From Girardia tigrina (Eukaryota), in assembly GCA_001938485.1 (NCBI GenBank), contig MQRK01170560.1:76142-128441 (forward strand): DNA of 52,300 nt, read 5' to 3'. The notes under the pieces are model-generated. The model had not been told where the DNA came from. It searched no databases and saw only the letters and a program-made list of their open reading frames with translations. Positions 32,399 to 45,077 of the stretch are shown piece by piece (the stretch's first letter is position 1; each line of letters opens with the position of its first letter). A program made the translations under genes and the position numbers.

Positions 32399-34385
32399 CC
32401 CATTCCCCTCGTATTCAAACCAAATTTATAAATCTCATACACAGACATAAATTAAAACAAATATCGACAAATAAAATATATTAATTAATATAACAATCCA
32501 ATAACTTTACACATTAAATTAATAATGAAATTATAAAAGGATGACTAGCAACATTGATAATATGTGTTACCAACAAATTAAAAGGAATAAAATAAAAGGG
32601 AAGAAGAATAATAAAATAAAAAAAATAAATAAATAAATAAAATCGAGGGTGATACCTTTATTGTTATCAAGTAAGGATTATCTCGTCAAATCGTAAAATT
32701 GGGGTTACCAAGATTGATATTCGTAAAATGATTAGAATTTTCAATGCAATGATAATTTTCAATATAATAATAATTTTCGATGTGTCAAGTATCAATATCG
32801 CAGTGACCGAATCGGTTCTGGTATTTATATTCCGTTAAACATATGTATTGTTTGAACGTTTGGCATCCTGCGTGCGCGACGGGAAGGAGCACGATTGTTT
32901 ATTTTGTCCAATCTACGGCATCCTGCGTCAAGGTAACTTGTTAATAGTTAATTTCTAAATATTTACTTTATTGTAGCTGGCGGTCATCCGGCCTGATGTT
33001 CGTGAATAGATGATTGTTGATGCGGCATGATTCTTCGCATCGTGGTAAAATTTTAATTAATCAAGATCGCTTAATTAATTTTAACTTTATTTTTAATTTT
33101 TCAGTTCTTTCAAGGTTTCTCGAGGGTCGCAGAAGGCTTCAGGAAGGCTTCGGAGGAGCTCGGGGAACCCCTCGCCTACCCTTCGTCCCAAGAAGCTCGA
33201 AACTAATTTAAAACTAACCGAGGCCAGTCGAGTTAGACTGTCCTCACAATCTTCCTTAAAGGTCTCGGGCGTATGGGATAGGGGGGGGGGTGGTTTTGAA
33301 GGAGGGTTTCCTTCGAGTTATTGATTACTCGAAATGTCGTGCTTTATTATGTCGTAACAAAATGGTGCCAGATTATTCCGCGTTTCTGACATTATGGTGG
33401 TATTAAAATATTCCGACAACCTCAAACAATCCTCACTTTAGAGTAGTAGGAATATGCATACATGCAATCTCTTCCTCACTCATTATCGGGGATAGTACGT
33501 CAAAATTTAATTTAACCGTCCATAGGTACAAATACAATTCCCGGATAATTGAAACACGGACGAAAAAGAAAAACTAAACGATGTCCGAATACTACCAGCC
33601 CGAGGTGTGGCCATATTCGCCATAGAGTATTTTCTCTTCAATAACATTATTAACCCATTTCAAACGAAATCTTTATTACACATCCAGTCAGATCTGCGCG
33701 TTAGCGAAACATTAATAGCTCAATGAGCTACCTTTTTAAGGAAGGTGCTGCCCCTAACAGATGTTACTCTCAAGGGTCAATTTTATATTCCCCAAACGTC
33801 GTAACAAAGGAGAAATAGATAAATCTCCTGGTAGTCGAGTTTTTATAAATTAAAATTTAAAAATGAAAATCGACTTTTTTTAAAACCTTTAAATCAATGA
33901 GTGATTAACAACTTTGAATCAATAAATGAATAAATAATGTAAGACTTTTTCCTTTTAAAAATATTTATTAAGATGTTTACAAAAATTTACAAATTACAAT
34001 TCAAAGAAAATATAACAATATCCTGTGTGTGATGTAGGGATATTATGGAACTGGGAAACACCGTTCTCCAGTTACCAAAAGTTTAAGCTTATAAATAAGG
34101 ATTATTAATTTAATATAATTATTAAAGATTATCGATTTTAAAAATATATTAATTTTAAAGAGAATTATTTGATTTTAAGAAAAAATTTAATTAAAGGATA
34201 ACCTCGTTCGCAAGCAAAATATCGTCAATAATCTGTTCGATCGTTCACAGAAATGAAGTCGTTTCGCCGATTAAATTGTGTGGAAAAATAAGCTTGTTCT
34301 GCCAAATTTCGTCAAATGGGCTGCAAAAAGAAATTAATCTATGCGCTAAGTCAATCTAGGTTGATATTTTTATACAATCATTAAA

Positions 34386-34623
34386 TCGCGTGGCTTAACA
34401 AAACAAAACACCGAAAACACCGGCCGTGCGTTCAAACAAAAAATGGTCACAAAAGAAAAGGAATCATCCGTAACGGATGCGTGGCTTAAACAGAAACGCA
34501 AAGAATGCGTGGCAATAAAAATGGTCACAGCGCACGCGTGAGAAAGAAAAATAACAATGCGTGGCTCAAAAATTGTAGCGCAGTGCGTGACAGAACACGC
34601 AAGGTACAGACGCATCATGCGTT
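34386..34623. repeat. Cluster of GCGTG(GC) motifs
   Basis: At least six YGCGTG on +, plus CACGC copies, in ~240 bp of A-rich DNA. Confidence 0.7.
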
Positions 34624-34860
34624 AAATATTATAATAATAATAATAATTTTAAATAAATATATCATATTAGAATTAATTTATTTTATAAAATTATAAATAA
34701 TAAATAAACACAAAACACAATTAAATATATAAAATTCACAAAAACATAAAAATAAATAAATAAAAATTCACTAAATTCAGAAATATAAAATTCACAAATT
34801 CAAAATAAAAATAAGTAAATAAAAAGATTCATATTTACATTACATTACCCCAACACAGAA

Positions 34861-35420
34861 ATGCAAAGTCGCCTAAGATTCCTCGACGCAGAGTTCGCCA
34901 AGGATGACCACAAAATGTTCCATATGGTGTCTGTCGTTGTTATGGATTATAATAAACAAATCATCTTGCGTACACTAGCAAAGCCTCGTGCACATATAGA
35001 TGAATGGTGCACTGGTTGCCAAGGCAAACCGAGACAGATATCATAGGACAACCCGACGAGTACGAAGTAATAAACACAATTCACCGTCATCTCTTCGGGA
35101 ATATATTGGTAGAGCATGACTTGCAAATGAAAATCAGAGGATTAGCATTGCCAGTAGAATCATTTTTAAGCATTAGGGATACAGAAGCAACACCCGTCTT
35201 CCAGAAATTTAAAACACCACGGAAAGGAGATTTCTACAAACTGAAAACCCTGTCTAGACATATCCTTAAAAGAGATATTCAATCCAGATATCACATTGCA
35301 GAAGAGGACGTATCGGCAGTATTGGATATTTATAAAAAAGTCGAATCGTATTGGGAAGATACAATATCTTCTACAGACGTCGAGAATATCTTTACACATA
35401 TTCCCAATTCACCACCCTAA
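34861..35420 (+). pseudogene. Intronless DEDDh exonuclease (REX4/ISG20-like), frameshifted
   Basis: LDAEF (ExoI), ILVEHDL (ExoII, degenerate), IRDT, LKTLS..IL..DIQ, HIAEED (ExoIII); frameshift near 35027. Confidence 0.85.
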
Positions 35421-36160
35421 CCAACCGCTAAGGAATGGATAATCAATAATAGCCTTAGCCCAAGGAAATGCCCACTGGAAAAGGAAATAGAACTATTGTC
35501 ACCTTGCTACATGTCAGATAAACCTCGTCAACAACCACAGGATGTAACACCCGCGCCAAATTTGGATGAAGAACAATGTATACAAGATAAAGAGTATGAC
35601 CCGGTAACGAATTTCAAGGTACCAATTATTTCGGTTAAAAAGAATGTTCAAACTCAACACAGATACCCCAACATTAATATACGTTTTAAAATCGTATTAA
35701 TAAAACAATTCAAATACAAATTTCCAAATATTGCTGATGATGTATGTAAAAATCGAAATATGTCCAATAATTATATAAATGAAGCTTTAATTAAATTACC
35801 TTTTCAAAATATTAAATATTATTTTCTTTAAGCAAAAAATGTAGATAAGAGAAATCTATTAATAAATAAATATTATTTTAAAATTAATCGAACCTCTTAA
35901 CAAATTGTTAGTGACTTTTGAACTATGGTCAAATAATTTGTTAAGAGTTTTCATTTTATTTTAAAATGAGAATTTTTCGATAAATTTATTATTTTGAGGA
36001 ATCTATTTTTAATTTTCAGTTTATGACAAAAATTACCGTAACTATCATTTATTATTATTGTATTTATAAAAGAAATGTGATTTTTTTGTCATTAAAAACG
36101 TCAAATAATGTTAATGAATTTAATTTTACTATGAAAAGACACTTTAATTATGAACTAGAT

Positions 36161-36403
36161 CATGGATGGCGAACCTCCTCAATAAGAGGATCAAATTTTA
36201 TTCCTGTTTCTTTTGGCAGTAGCTCCTATCCGGTAACATGGGAAAAACTTCAATAATTTTTAGAAAACGCTTGAAATGTAGATTCTTTAAAAAAAACCAC
36301 ATTGTATATAAATTTGAAACTCACGCAAGTAAATAAGACCGTCTAAACAAACAAGTACTTAACACTCGTTGGTCAGTGTCTGACCGCGGGTTCGCCATCG
36401 TTG
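36161..36403. mobile_element. hAT-derived MITE (243 bp)
   Basis: TIRs CATGGATGGCGAACC / GGTTCGCCATCGTTG; perfect 8-bp TSD AACTAGAT with central TA (Buster/Charlie-type). Confidence 0.9.
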
Positions 36404-37384
36404 AACTAGATGAACCATACTAATGGGAAATTCTCTCTAAAATCTTATTTCATAAACCGTTAGCATTTCATATCAAAAAAATAATATATTTAGACCCAAT
36501 ATTTAGCACATTATAATAATTATTTAGCTTTTCTAATAATAAACAACTAATTCAAAATTCTTAATAAAAAATGTTTCTAAACAATAAACTTAAACTGAAA
36601 TAGTAAAAAATAAAATTCATAAAAACTAATTAATAAAGAATTTAATCAGTTTGTTTAAATAGAGTGAATATATTTACTTCCGAAAAATTTGAATAATATC
36701 AACAAAATGATAAATAATTTAAATAATAAAATACCAAAAATAAATCAACAGGAAGATAAAACACAACAAAATGATTGTCGATTCTTTTCCACATTTAAAC
36801 ATATAGTAATGATTCTTGAAAAATAATAGCTTTTCTAAAATATTTTAAGTGTAATTATTACGATTTATTTAAAGTTGTGCCAAGAACACTGACATGGACC
36901 AGATTTAATGTTAAACGATTACCTAAAACAATCTATACATTATTTGTGTACCAAGGCCTATCATTAGAGGCGAAAATTTACGATTAAAATACCAGAAATA
37001 AACAAAAGAAATTACAGTTTATATTCAAATACAAATCATAAATTCCCATAAGCATTAATTAATACAAATTATTGTCAAATTTTAGCCGATTAAATCAATA
37101 AATTCTAATTGAAAATATCAGTTTTTTTTTCATTAAATATTCGACTTATCATTTCCTTCACAACGGTAAGATTTGACTATTACGACCTGAGTGTGCGCGT
37201 ATATAATAATTATTTTTTATTCACCACGAAAATTAACGACGATAATATTAAACACTCATTTAAAAAAATCTAACTGTCAATTCATTTCGCAATATAGCCT
37301 TACTATTCATTAACAAAAATAAGAGCTTTAATAAACTCAAATAATTTTGTCAATTGTAATCAATACGAATAGTGACAAATATAA

Positions 37385-37417
37385 TTCGAGCGAATGACAC
37401 TGCTCGAAGTCGGCTAG
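37385..37417 (+). mobile_element. Possible Helitron 3' terminus
   Basis: Hairpin TTCGAGC-N10-GCTCGAA, then CTAG followed by T; 5' end not established. Confidence 0.4.
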
Positions 37418-38000
37418 TTACGAGAAATAAATCAACACAAAGATAACAATGCACAATTTATTTAAATACAGTTTAGAAATTCACAAGAACAATAAATAAT
37501 CAAACCGATTGTCGAATTTCTCCATCACTAATCCCATTCCATGTGAACCACCGAAAACAAATTCATTCTCTTGCTCCATTAAACATTAAATTTCGACTGT
37601 GACTTTCCACTGCCTTCTTAACTTTAATCTTTTTTTATCATAAATGAAAATCAATCACGACCGAAGTGCGCGTGTAAAATGAGAAATATACGACTAGTAC
37701 TAGTATGATCATCATCTTTATTTTTATAAACTTGGTAAAATAATATTCATAACAAACAGAGACACAAAATTGTATTAATTATTTTTTTTTATTTTCGAGT
37801 TTGATGTTTCTCGGATTTTCGAACTTTTTTTTGCTAATATTAATAGTAATAATAATGATTGTGTGTGTTAATTGCACGGCACTCTTCTCTCAAAACAACG
37901 ACGATAAATGCGCATCGATCATCTATCGATTAGTGATACCGGACAACTAACAACGGGACACACGCAACACGCACACACACTCGGACACGATTATCGGTGA

Positions 38001-38833
38001 TCACGAGTAATTGTCGCCGCCTCTGTACTGTCGGCGGNNNNNNNNNNNNNNNNNNNNNNNNNNNNNNNNNNNNNNNNNNNNNNNNNNNNNNNNNNNNNNN
38101 NNNNNNNNNNNNNNNNNNNNNNNNNNNNNNNNNNNNNNNNNNNNNNNNNNNNNNNNNNNNNNNNNNNNNNNNNNNNNNNNNNNNNNNNNNNNNNNNNNNN
38201 NNNNNNNNNNNNNNNNNNNNNNNNNNNNNNNNNNNNNNNNNNNNNNNNNNNNNNNNNNNNNNNNNNNNNNNNNNNNNNNNNNNNNNNNNNNNNNNNNNNN
38301 NNNNNNNNNNNNNNNNNNNNNNNNNNNNNNNNNNNNNNNNNNNNNNNNNNNNNNNNNNNNNNNNNNNNNNNNNNNNNNNNNNNNNNNNNNNNNNNNNNNN
38401 NNNNNNNNNNNNNNNNNNNNNNNNNNNNNNNNNNNNNNNNNNCGGGCTTCCGAAGGCCGGCTTGCCACCCTGAAATAATGTCAATCAATAGGCGATCAAT
38501 TCCATCGATATTAACTCACCACAACGTCGCCTCCGTCCGGCCCGGTCACGTTCCTCGCCTCGAGTCCCTTGGCGCCTTCGATTATGTCGAATTGAACTTC
38601 TTCGTTATCAGCCAGTGAATTGGCATTGGAGGCCGTGATCGATGAATGGTGCACAAATACGTCGGCTCCGTCGCTGTCTTTACGTATGAATCCGTAACCG
38701 GATTTTGTGTTAAACCATTTTACATGTCCGACAACTTTGGATTCTTAAAAAATAACCGAAAAAAACGGAAGAGATTTTAAGACATGACTGGAAATATTGA
38801 ATAGTACAGACCTTTAATATCATAGTCTGTCAT
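38001..38833 (-). CDS. Cold-shock domain (Y-box-like) protein, spliced host gene
   Basis: Exons 38833-38812, 38743-38520 and 38469 into the gap; GT-AG introns of 68 and 50 nt. Reads [51 protein letters not shown]. The end ([11 protein letters not shown]) lies beyond the gap and is tentative. Confidence 0.93.
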
Positions 38834-39678
38834 GATTAAAAATGGTATCGAAACAAATATCAACTGTCAATAAAACAAATTTCGTTTAATTCATTAAAAG
38901 ATTTGTTTTTTTTTATTATTATTATTTTTTTTTAATAATTGTTTTCGCATTTGTTTTTGTTAATGTTATAATATAATTGAAATTATTTTTTTTCATGAAT
39001 TGAAATTTATCATTTAGTAAAATATTGACTGAATTTCAGTAGATTTTAATCATAAGAAAAAATTGATATTATAAAAAAGTTTATTAATGTTATAATTAAT
39101 TTAAAAATTCATCATAAGAAACATGATTATTTGAAAATAAATATTTAAAAAGAATACAAAAATGAGTATTTCTGAAATTTAATTCAACGTTTGTAAAATA
39201 TGTCATCAAGTTCTGTAGATAAATTACGGATTTAAATTTAAAGCGAAACAGTGAAGTTTTCGAAAAGATTACTAATGTTAAAATTAATTGAAAATGCTAA
39301 AATGACTGTTTAAAAGAAATTTTATACAGTAAACTTCTAAATTTTGCCAAATTTTGCAGATTTAAAAAACTGGCTAAATGGGATGGTAAATTTAGAGATT
39401 ATGTTGCAATTTAGTTCATCGGTCTAAAGTTATATAAGTTATAAGAGTCTAAATTTAAATCAACAAACTACGTGTTTTAAGCTAGAGGTACAAAGTGATT
39501 TTATCGAAAGTAAATAATTTTTGTCAATTACACTGTATTACTCTTAACTTACTGCGGTCTATTGACAAATCTCGATTGGAAATAATTTTTGATTAAAATG
39601 GTGTTCATTAGTTTTTAGTGTTTTAATCATTAATCTTTCATAAAAATAAACCTTCTTTGCTTCTTTATGACCTAAGTT

Positions 39679-40951
39679 TTAACGTCAGAAAAAAAATCAA
39701 TTCTATTCGTTAATTTGATTTTTATTGTAATTTAATAATTTTTCGTATACTTCCTTCTGTCTAATTATTAAATGCTGTCGTGTTTAAATACCAACAATCA
39801 TTTTCGCTTTTTATCACTTCTATATTATTCACATGATATTAGATAATGTTTACCAACAATGCACAAATTTCTCGAAAGCCTTTCTATGCTCCAACTTCAT
39901 ATGCAATCTACTTAGATGATTCACGCAGATTTTGAAATCGAGGTGAAATTGCGTTCAGCGTCATCATCGTCATAGCCATTGGTTTATGAGCCATTTATAA
40001 TCAGACCAATGTACCCCAAAGGAAATGTTTGATTCAATGTGTTCGGATATCTAGGTGATAAAAGAATTTATTGAGAAGAGAAATAAAAACAAAAAAGATT
40101 ATTGTTCTTTCTCAAATTTATTTACTATTCACAAATTGCAAATATTAGAATTAGCCTTAAATCTTAATCTTTGAATTTAGAATTTGAATAGTTAGAGAAG
40201 TACTTCGTACTTGGTTTAAATGATTTTAAATATATATTATATGATATTTTAATTGTAAATAAAATATATTTAATCGCGCACTTTTGATTGACTTCGTTTA
40301 ATTCAGTAATTCGTTTTTTAATGTGAGTGACTTTCGAAGATCTACATATTATAGATCTCAGTCTGAATTAATTAATCTATGCAGGAGATATAATTAATTC
40401 GGTTGATCAAATTCTTTAGATTTTTTTATTAATAACATATCCTTCGACTTTTAAGGTCAATCAAATAATTCTTGATTTTTAACCGAATAAATAATATAAT
40501 TCATTTGTTAATTGATTTTTTTCTTGTCTTTCAAATTAAGGGGCTTTTCCTTCGTCTTCTTTTATAAATAATGAAGGTCGCTATATTTTTTGAACCGATT
40601 TTCTTTGCACTTTCCTTTTAAAATCATATCTTTTATAGTCTTCTTTTGTTTTTAATTAATTTTTATTTATAATTTTAATATACTTGCTTGTTCTATTCTT
40701 ATAAATCTTTCTTTATTTTATCAAGATTATTTACATTTTTGTATAATTCCAATTCAATTATTTATATATATTTTATATTTATTTAAATAGAAGAGTAAAC
40801 ATTTTGTTTTACTCATTAAATTGAAATAATAATTTTATAAAAATATTTTTTTATACTATATACTCAAAAAAATGTATGAAATAAAAGATAAATTAATAAA
40901 TTAATAAATTAACGTCAGAAAAGAAATCAATTCTATTCGTTAATTTGATTT
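39679..40951. repeat. 43-bp direct repeat pair (39679-39721, 40909-40951)
   Basis: TTAACGTCAGAAAArAAATCAATTCTATTCGTTAATTTGATTT, one mismatch. Confidence 0.85.
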
Positions 40952-41284
40952 AACCGTTTTCTGTATGATGATATCATATATTTGTTGGGATATTAGGTGA
41001 TTTTATATAAAACAGAGATTAAAAACAAAGAGTTGTCTTTATAAATAAAATTTATTTATTATATACAAGCTTCACAATCACGAAACTATTTTAGGAGCTT
41101 AACTTATCTGAGAATTTAGATAAAAAGGGAGAAGAAATTCTTCTACCTCTTTGATTTTAAAATATATAAAAAATATGTTATCAAAATATATAAAATATAT
41201 TTTATTTCCGTAATTCGTACTTTTGATTTCTTTCGTCCTAGTCTTTCGTAATCACTGTGCTTTTATACCTTTTGCCAAGTGTAA

Positions 41285-41368
41285 ATAAAAGCACTCTTTA
41301 ATTTTCTTTTCTCAAATAAGCACTCTTCAATCTTCTTTCCTTGACTCAAATAAGCACTCTTTAATTTT
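41285..41368. repeat. ~30-bp tandem repeat x3
   Basis: AAATAAGCACTCTTyAAT core. Confidence 0.8.
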
Positions 41369-41382
41369 CAGCAATCTTTCTT

Positions 41383-42050
41383 TTGCAGTATGCTGAAACA
41401 CAGATGCATGTTCTATGTCGTTGCAACGCAAATATGGCACTAGTCACTGCTCGCCACAATGCTGTAGTAGACTTGGTTATCGAGGCTATCGATTTTGAAA
41501 TGCCTTACTATGAAATCAAGAATGTTGAACAAAGTGATTTCTCAACTTCAAGTAGAAGGATCGATATTCAAGCCAAAAACCCTGGAGGCAAAACTCTATG
41601 GCTGATCGATATCAAAACACCGTATGATGACACTGAAAATCTCAAATCAGCCAGAGAGCTCAACGAGACTAAATACGAGTCCTTGGAAGCTGAAGCCAAA
41701 GCCAAATATCCGGGATGGAATATCCAACTTGGCACAATTGTTGTGGGCTGCCTCGGTTCCTGGCCGAAAAAGAATGACGATGTGCTCCAGGATCTCAAAC
41801 TATCCGATATCGCAATCAACAATCTTCGGAGAAGATGCGTGATTTCCAATATCAAGCACTGCTCGTCGACTTGGGCGAAACATAATACTCTCTGTTTCAA
41901 CCCATGTTCGAGTTCCACGGAGAAGCCAGTCAACTCAATCCTGGAACGAATCAATTCTCTGGACGCTCAATGACGCTCTAGTCAGTAGCAGTCTTCTCTC
42001 TGTGGTCACTTGTGACCCACATCTCCTACTTGTTTTATTGTAATAAAATT
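41383..42050 (+). mobile_element. 5'-truncated RLE non-LTR retrotransposon (open endonuclease ORF 41383-41973)
   Basis: AETQMHVLCRC, ARHN, RIDI..IDIKTPYD, IVVGCLGSW; AATAAA near 42042. Confidence 0.9.
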
Positions 42051-42742
42051 TAGTAAAAAGCGAATTGGAGTCGCACGATCCACGATTCAGCATGTCAAAT
42101 TATGCATGCAACCAGAGCGACGGGTGCATTTACAGTGCTCGTTATATGCTCCTGTCTATTAAAGTGTTAATTTTTCAGAAAAGGATTTTATTTTGAGGTT
42201 CATAATAGAAAAAAATATTAAAGCACATATGAATAAAATTACATTTATAGTTATTGAGATGTATCTATCATTGGTGAGGATTTTCACCTGTAGTTTCGGC
42301 ACATAACCGATCCGTATAAAATCAATACCATCATAAATTACATTTAAGAATAATGAGTTTCGGGATTTTGTCTTTCCGGAATTATGTTATTTCTGGATTT
42401 CGGCTTCGGAGTTATGTCATTCGTGAATATGACCATCTCCCATGCAATCGATACTCAGTCTTACTTGAAAAAGGAAATGAATCAGTTTTAAGATATTAAG
42501 TAACTGAATCACCTGTTGTTGCCTTACGATGACTTAAAACTTGACCAAATTGATTTAACAGGGTTCACAATGAGACTGTATTGAGCTAAACTAAGAACTT
42601 TATTTATTTTAATTTTTCTTCTTCCGAAATACATTCAATTACAAGGTGCGTCTTGATGTTTTGTGTTGATTTTGGATTGTGTCTCTCTTACTCAGATAAC
42701 TGATTAATATTTTAATTCTTATAACCTGTAACTAATTTGTTT

Positions 42743-43011
42743 AAATTTAGATTTAATATTCAAAATTATTTTTAATTTATTATGATTTTAATTTTAAATA
42801 CTTTTGTTAATTTTATTTTTAAAACTGTAAATTTTTAAATCAAATAATTATTTTAGATAATAAATAGTAATTTTAATTTAAACAAAAACATTTGTAGTAA
42901 ATATTTTTAAAAGAATATATAAGTTCCAGTTACTTCAGATTTTGGGATCGATGAATTTGATTGTCATACGGATTGTCATAAAAATGATCTAAATTGTAAT
43001 TGTAATAAATG
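42743..43011. repeat. Dispersed ~270-bp repeat, copy 1
   Basis: Aligns with 50866-51367 (ATTTAGATTTAATATTCAAA...TTCAGATTTTGGGAT...ATTGTAATAAAT). Confidence 0.85.
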
Positions 43012-43019
43012 TATGACTT

Positions 43020-43620
43020 AAAAAAAACAAAGTTTATTAGAAAACAAGTAAATATGCCGTCCGGCGACAGCAATCGGATATCTCGAACTAAAGTCGTTCG
43101 TTGAGACACTCAGCCCCGATCACGCTTCCTTCCACCTTCGTTAGCGGGTTCCATTCTGTAGTGTTGTGCTTGCTCCAAGTCACCGAACTGTATTTGATAT
43201 TGGAGACGACACACATTCTTCGGAGATTTGTCAATGTTGTTTTGGACAATTTGAACGAGCTGAGCATGTAATCATTCTTCTCCGGCCAGGAACCCAAGCA
43301 GCCAACCACAAGAGTGCCCAGGCGAACCACCCACCCTTTGTGATTTAATTGTGCCTCTTCTTGAAGCTGCTTGCATTTTTTTTCGTTGTCTGTTCTTACT
43401 TTTTTAGTAGCTTCTTCGTGTCATATGGAGTTTTGACATCAATAAGCCAAAGTTCTCTTCCTCCGCGGTTGTATATCTGGAGATCCACTCGGTTACTGGT
43501 CATTGACCAGGCGCACTCCCTGTTAATAAGAATTTCCAGGATCGGTTTTTCTGTTGATAATGCCTCAGCAAATAAATTCTGAACCGCATCGTGGCGCGCA
43601 TTAATTAGTGGGAGGTTTCT
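43020..43620 (-). mobile_element. RLE non-LTR retrotransposon 3' fragment, frameshifted
   Basis: ARHDAV, RVDLQIYN..IDVKTPYD, LVVGCLGSWP, WSKHN..EWNPL; AATAAA near 43033. Confidence 0.9.
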
Positions 43621-43834
43621 GTAAGAGGTTTCTTAACAAGTGGCATTAACAAAAATAAAAGGTTTTGAAATACCAATCTTTCTTAAATATGATTTTGCAA
43701 TGATTTTGCTAACAGAGTACTGAATTGTATACAGACTAGACGGATTATTCTAGGCAAATTATTATGAGTGATGATGTTCATTTCCATTTATCTGGGATAC
43801 ATATCATAAATTTTTCGTTTTAGAGATCTTGCAA

Positions 43835-45077
43835 TTAGGGTGAACCAAAAGTCTTTTCGTATTTTTTATTAAAAATTTAAACATAATTTTACAACAAATA
43901 AAAAACATTTAAGTTTCAAAGTAAAGGCCATTTGAATCTATAGCTTGAACCCATCTATGGGCAAGTTGTGCGATCCCACTGTGGTACCAATCCTTGTTCT
44001 TAGAAGCGAAGAACTGGTAACACCCGTTTTCGACCTCGGTTAGATTATTGAAGCTGTGACAACGAAGAAAGTGTGCCATGGAGCGGAAAAAGAGATAGTC
44101 GGATGGCGCAAGATCCTGACTATACGTTTGGTGTGGAAGAAGTTCAAAGACATCGAGATTTTTGATTTTTTCCTTTGTTTGTTTGGCGGTGTGCGGTTTT
44201 CCATTGTCCTGTTGTAGAAGAACTATCTTTCGATTGATCAAAGCGGGGTATTTCTCGCCAAGTGCCGCATACATTCGATCAAGTTGGGCGCAATAAAGGT
44301 CAGCGTCAATGGTACGACCGTTTGGAACCAGCTCGAAGTGAATCACGCCTTCGAAATTCCACCAAACACACAAAAAGGCCTTCTTTGAGAAACGATCTCG
44401 TTTCGCTACCGGTTTTGCCATTTGTCCGGGGTCCAACCATTGATTTTGTTGGTCTGGATTACTGAAGTAAACCCACTTTTCATCGCAAGTTACAATTCGA
44501 CAGATGAAACGGTCATCGCGCGAATTTTCAAGCAATTTTTCGGCTTGAATTTGTGTCAATTCATGAGGCACTTTTCGACATCGTCTATTGACCTTACCAA
44601 GAGCGTGAAGGTGTCGTACAATGGATGTTTAAGGAATATCGAGTTCGACCGACAATCTGCGAGTACTTATTGACGAATTTTTCTCGACGGCTTCACGAAT
44701 TGCTCCGGAATCTACGGTGATAGGTCGGCCTGAACGTGCATTGTCTCCGAACCTTTTGAACCAATTTTGTGCAGTACGATTTGAGACCACATTATCGCCT
44801 TCAACTTCGCATATCTTCTTTGTTGCTGCAGTTGCGTTTAAGCCCTGTTTCCAGTAATGGCGTAAAAGAACACGAATTTCAAAATTTTCCATGATGTTTC
44901 TAAAAGACCATAAAAATTATATTAACGACTAATTAGAAGTTTTAATATACATCGTGATAGAACAGTTCAAGAACTTTAAAAACATATATCACATGTATAT
45001 AAAATATCTTTATTTGGTAATAAGAAACAATTGAACAAAAAGACGTAGAAAATACGAAGACTTTTGGCTCACCATAA
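43835..45077 (-). mobile_element. mariner transposon (~1.24 kb)
   Basis: Imperfect TIRs TTAGGGTGAACCAAAAGTC / GACTTTTGGCTCACCATAA; TA on the right flank. Confidence 0.93.
43909..44892 (-). pseudogene. mariner transposase with an in-frame stop at 44629-44631
   Basis: RSGRP, VPHEL, TCDEKW, QDNGKPH, YSQDLAPSDY. Confidence 0.93.

Noticed and set aside
32861-32929. Duplicated GGCATCCTGCGT as a primer-binding site
   Set aside because: No tRNA match, LTR or gag could be supported.
37930-38488. Several long ORFs over the N gap
   Set aside because: Artefacts of N translation; the region belongs to the cold-shock gene.
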